Shown here: positions 12,447 through 25,105 of the stretch, one piece after another
How positions within the stretch are numbered: the first letter of the stretch is position 1
Layout of the letters: each line of letters begins with the position of its first letter
From: Heterodontus francisci
Taxonomy: Eukaryota
DNA: 64,000 nucleotides
Reading direction: 5' to 3'
Assembly: GCF_036365525.1 (NCBI RefSeq)
Contig: NC_090375.1
Location: 199,383,864 to 199,447,863, forward strand
Made by a program: the position numbers and the translations under genes
The notes under the pieces: generated by a model
Seen by the model: the letters and a program-made list of their open reading frames with translations, nothing else
What the model was told of the DNA's origin: nothing
Databases searched by the model: none

Positions 12447-13149
12447 CTCAACACTGCAATTCAAACATCAGCAAAACCACATCCGATTCAACTGAAAACT
12501 GCCGAAAACTTCCTCGTTCAGTTAAAGGTTTACTCTCTCACATATCACAAAAATTACACAAAGTAAAGAGCTACCCTCACCGAGTCGTGCATTCTTTACT
12601 TTTAGATCCGACATGGAACATCACAGGAGAAGAGGACACAGACAGTGCAATCGGGTGAAATGTCCTGTTAATTCTCTCCACAGACGGTAGCCAGGCGGTG
12701 CCCAGCACGACACTGACCCTGTCTGAGTCTTGCTCACCCGTCACCCCATTGTTTTCCAGCCGCATTTGGTTCTCTGGCCCCAAACAATCCAACTGGAAAT
12801 CTTGATCTTCATTTCCAAATCCTCCTCTACCCTACCTCTGCAACCTTCCCCACTTTATATCCCGAGCCATGTCATTTGGTCCTCCCACTCTGGCCTCTTG
12901 ACCCTCTCTGCTCCATCATCAGTCAGCCTCGAAAGTAGAAACGTTGGGATTCTTTTGCTGAACTCTCCCTTCCTACTTTTCTCTCCCCCTTTTTGGAGGT
13001 CTCCCCTGCAACGATCTTCTTGACTGTTCACGAATGAAGCATAAATTGCTTACTTTTCAGCGGTCTCTGTTCACTCTTGCATTCCTGTTTAACTGTCATG
13101 TCGCACTTATTAGCTCCTTGGTGTTTTTCTTTAAATTAAAGGTAAGTGA

Positions 13150-16100
13150 ACATGAACAGTGGAACATGAGGAGACCATTCAGCCCATGGGTTTACTCCAC
13201 CATTAAATTAGATCCTGGCTGATCTATATTTCAGCTCCATTTATCTGGCCTTGCTCCATATTCCTTGATGTGCTTACCCAGTAAAACTCTCTCAACCGTG
13301 ACGTTGAACATTTCCAATTACTTCCGGCATATGGGGGGAGAGAGTTCCAGATTTCCACTACCCTTTGTATGAAGAAGTGCTTCCTGACATCATCCCTGAA
13401 CAGCCTATTTCTAATTTTAAATTACGCTCTTGTTCAGGACTCCCCCACCAAAGCAAATAGTGTCTCTATATCTACTCTATTGAATCCTAACATCATTTAA
13501 AAATATTGATTAGATCACATCATCTATACTCAAGAGAATATATGCCAAGTTTATACATAATTTAACCCACCATTCTCCTGAATGTGCTCTCCAACCTCCC
13601 AATTCTAGCTATCCATCCTGAAGTACAGTGTCCAAAACTGAATGCAGTACTCCAGAAGGGGTCTGATCAAGGCTCTGTACAACTGAAGCATAACTGCCTC
13701 ACTTTCGTATTTCATTTCTTTGACAGCTCAGTGGCAACATTATCACCTGTGAGTTGGAAGGTTATGAGTTCAAGTCCCACTCTAGAGACTTGAGAAAAAA
13801 ATTATGTAAGCTGACATTCTGGTGTAATATTGAGGGAGTGCTGCAATATTGAGGTAGCATCTTCCAGATGAGACGTGAAACTAAGGCTGTATCAGGAGAA
13901 TATAAAATGCTCAATGGCACTATTTTGAAGAAGAGCAGGGGAGTTCTCTCTGGTATCCTTGCCAACATTTATACCTGAACCAAAATCATTATCTGGATTG
14001 CCTCATTGCTGTTTGTGGGGCCTTGTGCACAAATTGGTGTCTGCCTTTTTAATTTACCACAGTGGCTACACTTCAAAAGTCTTTCTTTCTTCACTACAAA
14101 GGTCAATATTTGAATATCCTTCTTGATTACACTTTGTTCTTACTCCCTAGCTGTTACTCACATGAACACCAAGATTCTATTAGGCTTCCACAGTTCCTAG
14201 ACTCACACCATGAAGAAAATATTCCAATTTTTCTTTCTCAGATCGATAGTGAATGACCTCACACTTTCGCACCTTGAACTCCATTTTGCCACAGTTTTGC
14301 CCACTCACTTTATCTGTCTATGCCCATCAGTAATTTGCTGCTCCCATCTGCACAACTTATTGTGTCATCATCAAACTTGGATATACAGCTCCATATTCCT
14401 TTATCCACTAATATAGATGGTTAAAAAAATCTGAGGCCCCAGTGCAGATCCCTAGATAAACAAGTGCTGTCAATTCCCGTCAATTAGAGTACAATCTGGA
14501 TTGCCTCAATCGACTTCCTGTCGAGGCAAACTTGTCCCCATTCTCAGTCTCCTATCTCCCAACATATTACTAACTCAAACAAAAACAAGAAATGCTGGAT
14601 TCACTCAGCAGGTCTGGCAGCATCTGTGGAAAGAGAAGCAGAGTTAACGTTTCGGGTCAGTGACCCTTCTTCTTCACCTGCTGAGTGAAACGTTAACTCT
14701 GCTTCTCTTTCCACAGATGCTGCCAGACCTGCTGAGTGAATCCAGCATTTCTTGTTTTTGTTTCAGATTTCCAGCATCCGCAGTATTTTGCTTTTATATT
14801 ACTAACTCATGTTACCTTGAACTTTGATTTTTAGTAATGATCTCGTGCAAAACCTTTTCAAATACCTTCTGGAAGTCCATCTAGACAGCATACATAGGCA
14901 CTTCCCTGTCCACCATGTTCGTGATCGCCTCAAAAAGTCAACTAGAACCCCTCACAAATCCAGGCTGACTCTCTGAGCAGCCTAGTCACTCTGTCCCTGA
15001 TGACAGACTCCAGTCACCTTTCCACAATCCCTGACTCTAGGGAGCTTTGCGGAGTTATGACCAACACTCCTGTAATTTCCTCACCCACTTCTGGTAACAC
15101 CCTGGGTGAAAACCACTAGGTCCTGGAGATTTATTTATCTAAGTCCCATTATTTCCATGATTACAATTTTTTACCCAGCTCCTCTCCTCGCCTCATTTTT
15201 GGGTTACCTGATACCCATTGATTCATTTGTCTATTTTCTGCCTTTCCACTGTGAAAATGGATACAAACAAGTCTGTCTGTTCGTTATTATCCGTTATAGT
15301 CTCACTTGCATCTGCGCTTGAATGGGTCCACAATTCCGAGCTGGCATCTCGCCGTCTTCCTATTGTCTCCACGAGGGGGACTGAAAAAAGACAGATTAAA
15401 AATGTTTGATAAAATCTTACATTACTCCTCCATCTGGTGCCGGATATGTACAGACAGCCACCACGAGTGGTTCCAGCAAGAGGCAGAGCGTCCAGTTCAC
15501 ATTGCAAGTTGGCATTCACAGTTCTACTTCTTCAGGTGGGGGCAGGAATGTGGTCGAGCACAAGCTTCCATCCTGTTGAAACCATCCAACACGATTGAAC
15601 CCTTCCAGTTTGCTTAGCTCAGCAACTTGCCCAATTTCCTAATCACTCACTGCACCACCAGGGTCCGATTTCTGCCAAAATGTCTCACCTCACATTTCTA
15701 TGAATTAAATTCCATCTGCCTCATAGCTGCCCATTCTGCTAGCCTACCTATGTCCTGTTGCAGGCGGTTCATATCATTCTACCATGTATTCCAAGATCCA
15801 AGTCATCTATATATACCAACAAAAGCAATCCTAGCACTGACCCTTGGGGAACACCACTGTCTAGCAACCTCCAGTTTGAAAAACAACCATTTACCATGAC
15901 TCCCTGTTTTCAGTCCTTAAGCCAATTTTATCCTAACTGACCTTCCCATTCCATGAGCCTCAGTTTTGTTAACAAGACTTTTATGTGTCACTTTATCAAA
16001 TGCTTTCTCAAAATCCACATAGACAACATCCACTGCATTCCCTTAACCAACCTGCTCTGTTACTTCAACAAAAAGTTATTAGATTAGTCAAGCATGATCT

Positions 16101-16630
16101 GCCTTTTACAAATCTGTGATTGCTATCCTTAATTAACTCAAGCCTTTCCAATTGCCTGTTGATTTGTTCCCTGATTATTGTTTCTAAAACCTGACCCCCA
16201 CCCCCCCCACCCCGCCCCTCCGACCCCCCGCTGAGGTGAAAGTAACCGGTCTGAGTTGTTGCTAGGACTGTCCTTACACCCTTTCTTGAATAAGGATGTC
16301 ACTTTTGCCACTCTCCAATTCTCAGATACCTCCACCTTATCTAGGGAAGATTGGAAAATTATGTCAAGGCCTTCGTTATTTCCACCCCCACTTCCTTTAG
16401 CAAACTGGGATGCAAGCCATCTGGACCGGATGACTTATCTACCTCAGCATAGCCTACCTTTTTAGCAACCCCCCCCCCCCCTCCCCCCACCCCGCGCCTC
16501 AATGTTTACCCTATGCTTTGCCTCTACTCTCTCCACTTCTCCAGTACTTTTTCAGATTCCGCAACCCTAGTAAACACCGAAACAAAGTACTCATTAAGTA
16601 TTCTAGTCTTGCCTTTTGCCTCCAAGCACC
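13150..16630 (-). mobile_element. Cluster of old, fragmented CR1 pieces with nested SINE and Penelope insertions (boundaries approximate)
   Basis: e.g. ORF 16138-16335 WRVAKVTSLFKKG; reverse CR1 3'-UTR at ~13150. Confidence 0.7.
14577..14795. mobile_element. Penelope pLTR-derived foldback insertion with a perfect 77-bp inverted repeat and target-site duplication
   Basis: Arms 14577-14653 and 14687-14763 are exact reverse complements; ATATTACTAACTCA repeated at 14564-14577 and 14796-14809. Confidence 0.85.
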
Positions 16631-17045
16631 GTTACTGACATTAGCTTTTTAGTCCAGATTTATTAATTAATGGAATTTAAATTCCCCAGCTGCCGTGGTG
16701 GGATTTGAACTCATATTTCCAGATCATGCATCCAGGCCTCTGCATTGCTATAACAAAAGCAAAATACTGTGGATGCTGGAAATCTGAAATAAAAACAGAA
16801 AGTGTTGGAGATACTGAGCAGGTCTGACAGCATCTGTGGAGACAGACACAGAGTTAACGTTTGAGATCTGTGACCTTTCATCAGAACTGGCAGAAGTTAG
16901 AAATGTAATAAGCGTTGAGCAAGTGAAAGGGGGAATTGGAAAGAAGAACCAAAGGGATGGTGTATGATAGGGCAGAGGGCAGTAGAAATTAACGACAGAG
17001 ATGTCACAGAATAAAAGAAAAGGGAGTGCTAATAGCTAGAGTAAA

Positions 17046-18730
17046 CACACGAACATACGAATTAGGAGCAGGAATAAGTTAGTTGGCCCCTCGAGCCTGC
17101 TCTGCCGTTCAACAAGATCATGGCTGATCTGATTGTAACCTCGACTCCACATTCCTGCCTACCCCCAATAACCTTTCACACCTTGCTTATCAAGAATCTA
17201 TCTACCTCTGCCTTAAAAATATTTAAAAACTCTGCTTCTACTACCTTTTGAGGAAGAGAGTTCCAAAGACTTACAACCCTCTGAGAGAAAAACAATCTCC
17301 TCATCTCTGTCTTAAATGGGCGATCCCTAATTTTTAAATAGTGACCCCTAGTTCTAGATTCTTCCACAAGGGAAAGCATCCTTTCCACAACCACCCAGTC
17401 AAGACCCCTCAGGATCTTATATGTTTCAATCAAGTCATCTCTTGATTGACTTCTAATCAAGTCAGTTCTAAACACCAGCGGATACAAGCCTAGCCTGTCC
17501 AATCTTTCCTCATAAAACAACCCACCCATTCCAGGTATTAGTCGGGTAAACCTTCTCTGAACTGCTTCCAACGCAGTTACATCCTTCCTTAAGGAGCCCA
17601 ATACTGTGCACAGTACTCCAGATGTGGTATCACCAATGCCCTGTATGATTGAAGCATAACCTCCCTACATCTGTATTCAATTCCTCTTGCAATAAACGAT
17701 AATATTGTATTAGCTTTCTTAATTACTTGCTCATCCTGCATACTAACCTTTTGCGATTCATGCACTAGGACACCCAGATCCCTCTGCATCTCAGAGCTCT
17801 GCAATCTCACGCCATTTAGATAATTTGCTTCTTTTTTATCTTCCTGCCAAAACATTTTCCTACATTGTACTCCATTTGGCAGATCGTTGCCCACTCACTT
17901 TACCTATATATATATATGTATGTATATATCCCTTTGTAGCCTCCTTATGTCCTCGTCACAACTTACTTTCCTACCTATCTTTGTGTCATCAGCAAATTTA
18001 GCAACCATTGTAAAAGGTTAAGGCCCCAGCACTGATTCCTGTGGCACACCATTCATTACATCTTGCCAACTAGAAAATGACCCATTTATGCCTACTCTCT
18101 GTTTTCTGTTAGCCAATCGTCTATCCATGCCAATATGTTACCCCCTACACCATGAGCTTTTATTTTCTGGAATGACCTATGTGGTACCTTATCAAGTGCC
18201 TTCTGGAAATCTGAGTACAGTACGTCCATCTGTTCGCCTTTATCCACAGCACATGTTACTTCTTCAAAGATCTCCAATAAATTGGTTAAACATGATTTTC
18301 CTTTCACAAACCCATGTTGACTCTACCTGATTACCTTGATTTTTCTAAGTGCCCTGCCATAACGTTTTTAATAATAGTTTCTAACATTTTCCCTAAGACA
18401 AATGTTAAGCTAACTGACCTATAGTTTCCTGCTTTCTGTCCCCTTCCCTTTTTGAATAAAGGAGTTGCATTCACTATTTTCCAATCTAATGGAACCTTCC
18501 CCGATTCTAGGGAATTTTGGAAAATTAAAACTAACGCACCAATTATTTCACTAGCCACTTCTTTCAGAACCCTGGGATGAAGTCCATGAGGACCCGGGGA
18601 CTTGTCAACCCGCAGATCCAACAATTTTCTCAGTACCAATTACTTAGTGAATGTAATTTTATTGAGTCCCTCGCTCCCTTCCATTTCCTGATTTTCAGCT
18701 ATTTCTGGAGTGCTACTGCATCCTCTATAA
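17046..18730 (-). mobile_element. CR1 LINE, 3' half
   Basis: Minus-strand ORFs 18331-18639, 18092-18307, 17589-17894, 17176-17601 with RT and C-terminal motifs. Confidence 0.93.
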
Positions 18731-18879
18731 TGAAGCCAAATCATTACTCCTGAAAGTGTGTTCATGGCAGAACAAGGAACAGCTCTGCCTGAAAGCAAAA
18801 CATGAAGGATGGGTTTAAGACTGGCACATGGTGAACAAACAAAGAAACAAACAAATAAATAAATAAAATTTAAATGGCA

Positions 18880-20930
18880 GTCATGCTCTGAAATTGTTAA
18901 ACTCAATGTTGAGTCCAGAAGTCTGTCGAGTGTCTAATCGGAAGATGAGGAGCTGTTTCTTAGGCTTATGTTGAGCTTAATTGGAACACTGTAGCATGCC
19001 AAGGACAGGAATGTTGGCAAGAGAGCAAGGTGGTGAATTAAAATGGTAAGCAACCAGAAGCTTGGGGTCATGCTTCTGGGCTGAGGGGAGGTGTTCTGCA
19101 AAGTGATCGCCCAATCTGTGTTTGGTCTCTCCAATGTAGAGGCGACCACATTGTGAGCAGCTAATACAGTATACTAAATTGAACGAAGTACAAGTAAATC
19201 GCTGCTTCAACTGGAAGGAGAATTTGTGGCCTTTGATGGTGAGGGGAGAGGATGTAAAAGGGTTGGTGTTACACCTCCTGTGATTGCATGGGAAGATGCC
19301 GTGGGAAAGGGACGAGGTATCGGGATGATAGAGGAATGGACCAGGGTGCCATGGAGGGAACGGTACCTTTGGAATGCTGACAGGGGAGAGGAGAGGAAGA
19401 TGTATTTGGCGATGGCATCATGCTGGAGGAGGAGGAAATAACGGAGGATGATCCTTTGGATGTGGAGGCTGGTGGGGTGTAAAGTGAGTACAAGCAGAAC
19501 CCTGTTGCGGTTCTGGGAGGGCAACATTGCAGGAAATAGCTCGGACACGGTTGAAGGCCCTGTCAACCACAGTGGTGGGGGGGGCGGGGTGGGGGGGAAC
19601 CCCTGTTGAGGAAAAATGAAGACATATCAGAAGCGCTGCTGTGAAAGGTTGCATCACCAGAACAGATGCGTCAGAGATGGAGAAACTGGGAGAAAGGAAT
19701 GGACTTCTTACAAGAGGGACGGTGTGAGGAAGTGCAACTGAGATAGCTGTGGGAGTTGGTGGGTTTATAATGAATATTAGTGGACAGCCTATCCCCAGAG
19801 ATGGAAACAGAGAAGTCGAGGAAGGGAAGGGAAGTGTCGGAGATGGACCATGTGACAGTGAAAGAAGGGTGAAAATTGGAACCAAAGTTGATGAAGTTTT
19901 CCAGTTTGTGGCAAAACTAGGAAATGGGACTGATACAGTCATCAATGTACCGGAAAAAGAGTTGAAGGAGGGGGCCTAAGTAGGACTGAAGCAAGGATTT
20001 TTTGACATACCCCACAAAAAGACAGGCATAACTAGGACACATGTGGGTACCAATAACAACACCTTTCTTTTGGAAGAAGGGAGTGGAATTGAAGGAGAAG
20101 GTGTTCTATGTGAGAACAAATTCAGCCAGACAGAGGAGGGTGGTGGCGGATGAGGATTGGTTGGGCCTCTGTTCAAGGAAGAAGCAGAGAGCTCTCAGAC
20201 TGTCCTGTTTGGGAATGGAGGTAGAAAGAGATTGGGTTGCTTTGGCCAGGAAACAGGACATTTTCAAAAAGACATAAGGCATCTGAAGAGACGCAGATGT
20301 AAGTGGAAAGAGACTGAATCATGAATGAAAAAATAGTGTCAAGATGGGAAGAAATAGGTTCAGTGGGGCAGAAACCAACTGAAATTATGGGTATACCAGG
20401 ACAGTCCTGTTTGTGGATTTGGGAAGTAGGTAGAAGCGGGTTGTTCTAGGTTGCAGAATTATGTGGTGGAAGCTGTAGAGGGAAGATCCCCAGAGCAGAT
20501 GAGGTTAGTGACAGTCCTGGAGAGAGTGGCTTGATGTTCAGTGGTGGGTTCATGGTCCAGGGGGATGTAGGAAAAAGTATCTAAGAGTTGGCACTCAGCG
20601 TCTGCAAGGTAGAGGTTAGTGCGCTAGACAACAACAGCACCACCCTGTCAGCAGGTCTGATCACAATGTCGGGGTTAGACCAGAGACAACGATTTGCTGC
20701 AAGTTCAAAGGGAAACAGTTAGAGTGAGGAAAGCAGAGAAATTAAGACGGCGATGTCACACCGACAGTTCTCAATGCAAAGATCAAGAGTGGGCATGAAG
20801 CCCAAGGGAGAGGTTCAGTTGGAGGGAGAATACTAGAGGCAGCTGAATGACTCCGCTGGTCACGGGGATGACTCGTGGCCAAAGAAGTGAGTCCAGAGGC
20901 GAAGGAGACCGAAGAAGAGGTCAGCAATCC
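18880..20930 (-). mobile_element. Penelope-like element (degenerate RT + GIY-YIG endonuclease)
   Basis: ORF 18977-19210 FTCTSFNLVYCISCSQCGRLYIGETKHRLGDHFAEH matches GIY-YIG; upstream RT/thumb fragments (RVLLVLTLHP). Confidence 0.9.
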
Positions 20931-21162
20931 TAGACTGAATTTTGAATTAATAATTTGCGCGAGTGTAAACCCAACGGAAACAAGAGGAGGTGACCTATCA
21001 CACAGAGAGTGACAGGTCTCACATTTTATAAATGTAAATTGAGCTGGTTTTATGCCGACAGGAAATTCGCGCCATTGGACTGATTACAGGAGGAGGGGGC
21101 GGGGTAGAAGGGACCCCGGTCTTTTACATTTATAACCGTGAGAACAACCAGGTACCGAGCGG

Positions 21163-21605
21163 ATGGGTCACTGCACGATGTTCTGGGTGATTGTGACGCT
21201 ATTTTTACCCAGTGTGTGCTTATATTTATTTATTTATATGTTATGTCTGTCCAGCATTCTTTAGCAAGTGTTCATCATTTTCAAATCAGTTAATTTTGCG
21301 CATTTTTTTCTAGGTGGGTGTTTTGCCCTGTCTGTAACACAGACTGCAATATCAATAACAAGAAACCCCGGTAAAAGTGTCAGATTTCAGTGTACGGTAA
21401 GCGGAGGGAGCACCGTGATCCATTGGTACCAGCAGAGACCCGGTCAGGCGCTCGCCAGAATCCTCTATTATGACAAGAGCCTCACTCGGGATCCGGAATT
21501 CAGCTCCAGGTTCAAAGCAGACAAGAATAACAATGTGTGCACTTTAATAATCAATAACATCGCGGAGGAAGACTCCGCCACTTATTACTGTGCCTATTGG
21601 GACAG
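21163..21605 (+). CDS. TRGV: TCR gamma-like V segment (family C), open: leader 21163-21211, V exon 21314-21605
   Basis: Leader MGHCTMFWVIVTLFLP; SGCFALSVTQ...FQCTVSGGSTVIHWYQQRPGQ...EEDSATYYCAYWD. Confidence 0.93.
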
Positions 21606-21644
21606 CACAGTGCTGAACAGAGACAGAAACCCTTTACAAAAACC
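21606..21644 (+). other. 23-RSS (perfect consensus)
   Basis: CACAGTG + 23 bp + ACAAAAACC. Confidence 0.97.
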
Positions 21645-21719
21645 CCGGCGCTTTAGCTGACTCCCCCGTCAGCTACCACACAAACAACAATTTACATTTA
21701 TATACGTTCTTTAACGCAA

Positions 21720-22790
21720 TTTAAACTTTCAAGAAAGATAGATTTTTGTTAGGAGTATGAAAGAATATGGAGCAAAGGCGAGAAAATGGAATTAAGGGAC
21801 AAACCAGCCATGATGGGACTGTGATGTATATTAACGATTTGGTCTAAAAGTAGGGGGCATGATCAAGACGTTTGCAGACAACACTAAGGTTGGCTGTGTG
21901 GTAGATCGCGAGGAGGATAGCTGTAGGCTGCAGGAAGATATTGATGGCCTGGTCAGATGGGCAGAAAAGTGGCAAATGGAATTCAACCTGGAGAAGTGTG
22001 AGGTGATGCATTTGGGGAGGTCAAACAAGGCAAAGGAATACACGATAAATGGGAAAATACTGAGAAGTGTAGAGGAAGTAAGGGATCTTGAAGTGAATGT
22101 CCACAAATCCCTGAAAGTAGCAGGACAGCTCGATAAGGTGGTTAAGAAGGCATATGGAATCCTTTCCTTTATTAGCAGAGGTATAGAATATAAGAGCAGG
22201 GAGGTTATGCTGGAACTGTATAAGTCATTGATTAGGCCAAAACTTTAGTACTGTGTGTAGTTCTGGTCACCTCATTACAGAGAGGATGTAATTGCACTAG
22301 AGAGGGTACAGAGGAGTTTATGAGGATGTTGCCAGGATTGGGAAATGCAGCTGTGAGGTAAGATTGGATAGGCTGAGGTTGTTCTCCTTGGAACAGAGGA
22401 GGCTGAGGAGAGATCTGAGTGAGATGTACAAAATTGTGAGGGGCCTGGATAGAGTGGAGGTGAGGGCCTTTTCACCTTAACAGAGAGGGCAATGACTAAG
22501 GGCATAGGTTTAAAGTAATTGGTAGAAAAATTAGAGGGGAGATGAGGAAAATCCTTTTCACCGAGAGGATAGCGGGGGTCTGGAACTCACTACCTGAAAG
22601 GGTAGTTGAGGCAGAGACCTTCAACCCATTCAAAAGGCATCTGGATGTGCATCTCAAGTGACGTAATCGGCAGGGCTATGGACCAAATGCTGGAAGGTGG
22701 GATTAGAACAGGTGGACTGTTTTTCAGCCGGCACAGACACGATGGGCCAAGTGGCCTCAGTCTGTGCCTTAAACCATCTATGATTCTATG
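21720..22790 (+). mobile_element. CR1 3' fragments
   Basis: ORF 21859-22248 FADNTK...WAEKWQMEFN; 3'-UTR and (TTCTATGA)-type tail. Confidence 0.9.
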
Positions 22791-23029
22791 ACTGAGTAGC
22801 AAACAGGCCTGAAGGGCTGAATGGCCTCCTTCCTTTCTGTGATCCACAAGAAACGAACTTGGTTAATCTCATCCCTTCACCTTCCCCACTGGAATAAAAG
22901 CTGGACTTCAAAAAGAAATAAGAACCTCTGTTTCTGACAAAAGCACAGGCCTTCAATTCCCCTGATAAAACGGTGCCCAAAAGAATATTACAAATAATCG
23001 ATTTTTCAATGATCCACATTACAGCCTTT

Positions 23030-23380
23030 TGGTCTTTAAACTGAGTTCATCAATTTCAAACCTCTGCCCCCATTTCCATCTCCTCTAGACCCAACTGTTG
23101 TTTCTCTGCTCATCCCATTACCATCTCCTTTTGCCTCACATCATCATCCATTTTCTCATTTAATCTCTTATACCTTCCATCATATCACAGAATTCCCTTT
23201 TGTTCTTTCACCCAGTCACCCCGCCCCTTTCCCTGCCTCTGTTCTTGCTTAAAACCTGTCACATTTGTAACCTTTGCCAGTTCTGACGAAAGGTCATCGA
23301 CCTGAAACGTTATCTCTTTTTCTCTCTCCACAAATGCTGCCAGATGTGCTGAGTGTTTTCAGTAGTTTCTGTTTTTATTG
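23030..23380 (+). mobile_element. Penelope 3' end / pLTR
   Basis: Start resembles the Penelope ORF terminus at ~18890 (rev. comp.); contains a hammerhead core at 23283. Confidence 0.75.
23279..23314 (+). ncRNA. Minimal type-I hammerhead ribozyme motif (Penelope-associated)
   Basis: AGTT-CTGACGA-A-AGGTC(ATC)GACCT-GAAA-CGTT: intact core, 5-bp stem II, palindromic stem III; stem I is imperfect in this copy. Confidence 0.7.
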
Positions 23381-23533
23381 CAAATAATCGATCCGGGCAT
23401 CTGGAAAGAGGCGAACGAGAAGACAGGGCGGGTTCAACAAAATCTCACTGATTGGGTTGTGGGAAGTAAATCGTTTCCTTTTAGTTTGTAACCAACTGGT
23501 TGAGTGAACAGTCCCTGATCCAGCAGAGTGAAC

Positions 23534-23973
23534 ATGTCACTGCATTACTGGTTCATTGTGGTGATCGTTTTTCCCTGTATGTGTTTCTGATGCTATTATT
23601 CAAATGCTGTTATTCAGTCTGCTCTGTCACGCTGTTTATTTGTAACCGTGTCTATTCTTTTCTCAGGCGGATGTTTCGCTCAAACCTTGAAACAGATTAT
23701 CCCATCCGTTAGCAAAGCTGCTGGTAAAACCGCTAGATTCCAATGCGAAATACAAGGTGGCTCGGTCAGCAGCAATGATCCCCTTCACTGGTACCAACAC
23801 AAACCCGGCCAGGCACCCACCAGAATACTCTATTATGGGGGAAGTATATCGCGGGATCCGGGATTTGGTGAATTGTTTAAAGCTGGGAAGAGTAAAGACA
23901 ACGAATTCTACCTCACAATTGACAAAATAAAGGCAGAGGACGCGGCCACTTATTACTGCGCGTACTGGGTGTA
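23534..23973 (+). CDS. TRGV: TCR gamma-like V segment (family D), open: leader 23534-23576, V exon 23667-23973
   Basis: Leader MSLHYWFIVVIVFP; CGCFAQTLKQ...FQCEIQGGSVSSNDPLHWYQHKPGQ...AEDAATYYCAYWV. Confidence 0.93.
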
Positions 23974-24012
23974 CACAGTGTGAAACAGAAAGACAAACTC
24001 TGTACAAAAACC
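23974..24012 (+). other. 23-RSS (perfect consensus)
   Basis: CACAGTG + 23 bp + ACAAAAACC. Confidence 0.97.
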
Positions 24013-24129
24013 CTGAAGCACGCGAGCTTTAACTGTCAGGCAGCAGCGACACCGCAGCTGGATTTGTCTCTTAACTTTTTCTGCCTAAACCCAAGAATTG
24101 CCAAGTGATGCGATGCGAGCCAAGACTCG

Positions 24130-25105
24130 GTCATTTTGATCTATTTGCTTCTTCTGATAGCCTTCTTCTGATGATCTGATAGCCATTACGGAGACGTGGT
24201 TGCAGGATGACAAGGATTGGGTCCTGAATATTGAGCAGTATATGCCATTCAAGAAGAATAGGAAGCTAGGTAAAGGAGGAGGGGTAGCGCTCTTAATCAA
24301 GGATGGCATTGGTGCAATAGTTAGTTTTCAGGATGTCGAATCGGTTTGGATGGAGATGAGGAATAGTATGGGAACGAAACGACTCGTGGGAGTGGTCTAC
24401 AGGCCCCCTAGCAATAACCACGATGTAGGACGAAGCAGACAAGAAGAAATAATGGGTGTGTGTGATAAAGGGATGGAAATAATCATGGGTGATTTTAATC
24501 TACATTTAAACTGGAAAAATCAGATTGGAAATAGTAGCCAGGATGAGGATTTCATAGAATGCTTTTGAGATAGTTTCTTAGAGTAGCACGTTCTTCAACC
24601 AACCACAGTGCATTTATTTTAGACTTGGAGTTGTGTAATGTGACAGGATTAATTAATGACGTCAGAGTAAAGGTACCTCTGGGTAGCAGCGACCACAATA
24701 TGATTGGATTTTGCATCCAACTTCGAAGAGAGAAGAGTGGGTCTAAGACTAGTATTCTAAACTTTTTAAAAGAAGGACAACTATGTGGGCATGAAAGCTG
24801 AGCTAGCTGAAGTGAACTGGGTTACTAGGCTAGGAGATAAATAATAGAAAAACAGCAGTAAACATTTAAGGGGATGTTTCAGAATACTCAGAATAAGTAT
24901 ATTTCTACCATAAAGAAAAATTCTAAGGGGAGGAACCACCATCCATGGTTAATTAAAGTTAAGGAAAGCATGAAATTTAAGGAAAATGTATATAATTGTG
25001 CAAAGATGAGTGGCTGGTCAGATGATTTGTCAGAATATAAATAAAGGCAGAGAATGATTGAAAGGTTAATCAGGAGAAAGAAAGTGGAGTATGAGAGGAA
25101 ACTAG
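24130..25105 (+). mobile_element. CR1 APE-domain fragment, interrupted by an LTR element
   Basis: ORF 24200-24568 GGGVALLIK..GVVYRPP..IMGDFN. Confidence 0.9.

Larger units (their letters stand above)
2551..12862 (+). repeat. Segmental duplication unit, copy 1 (contains V-A pseudogene and V-B)
   Basis: Collinear similarity to 46224-52435, from TGTTTGAAAT..GTGG.TTCCGAGCTGCTAGAATGGCG through CCCCACTTTATATCC. Confidence 0.93.

Noticed and set aside
12127-12495. ORF-track boundaries of V ORFs (also 21268-21660, 23648-23983, 51698-52066) as complete genes
   Set aside because: These ORFs start in the intron or mid-exon and read through the RSS; true limits are the splice acceptor and heptamer.
11981-24012. 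Assignment as IgH, IgNAR or IgL clusters
   Set aside because: Shark Ig loci are V-(D)-J-C clusters with D/J close to V. Here there are only tandem V segments with IHWY/YYCAxW motifs, fitting a TRG translocon; phylogenetic confirmation is still needed.
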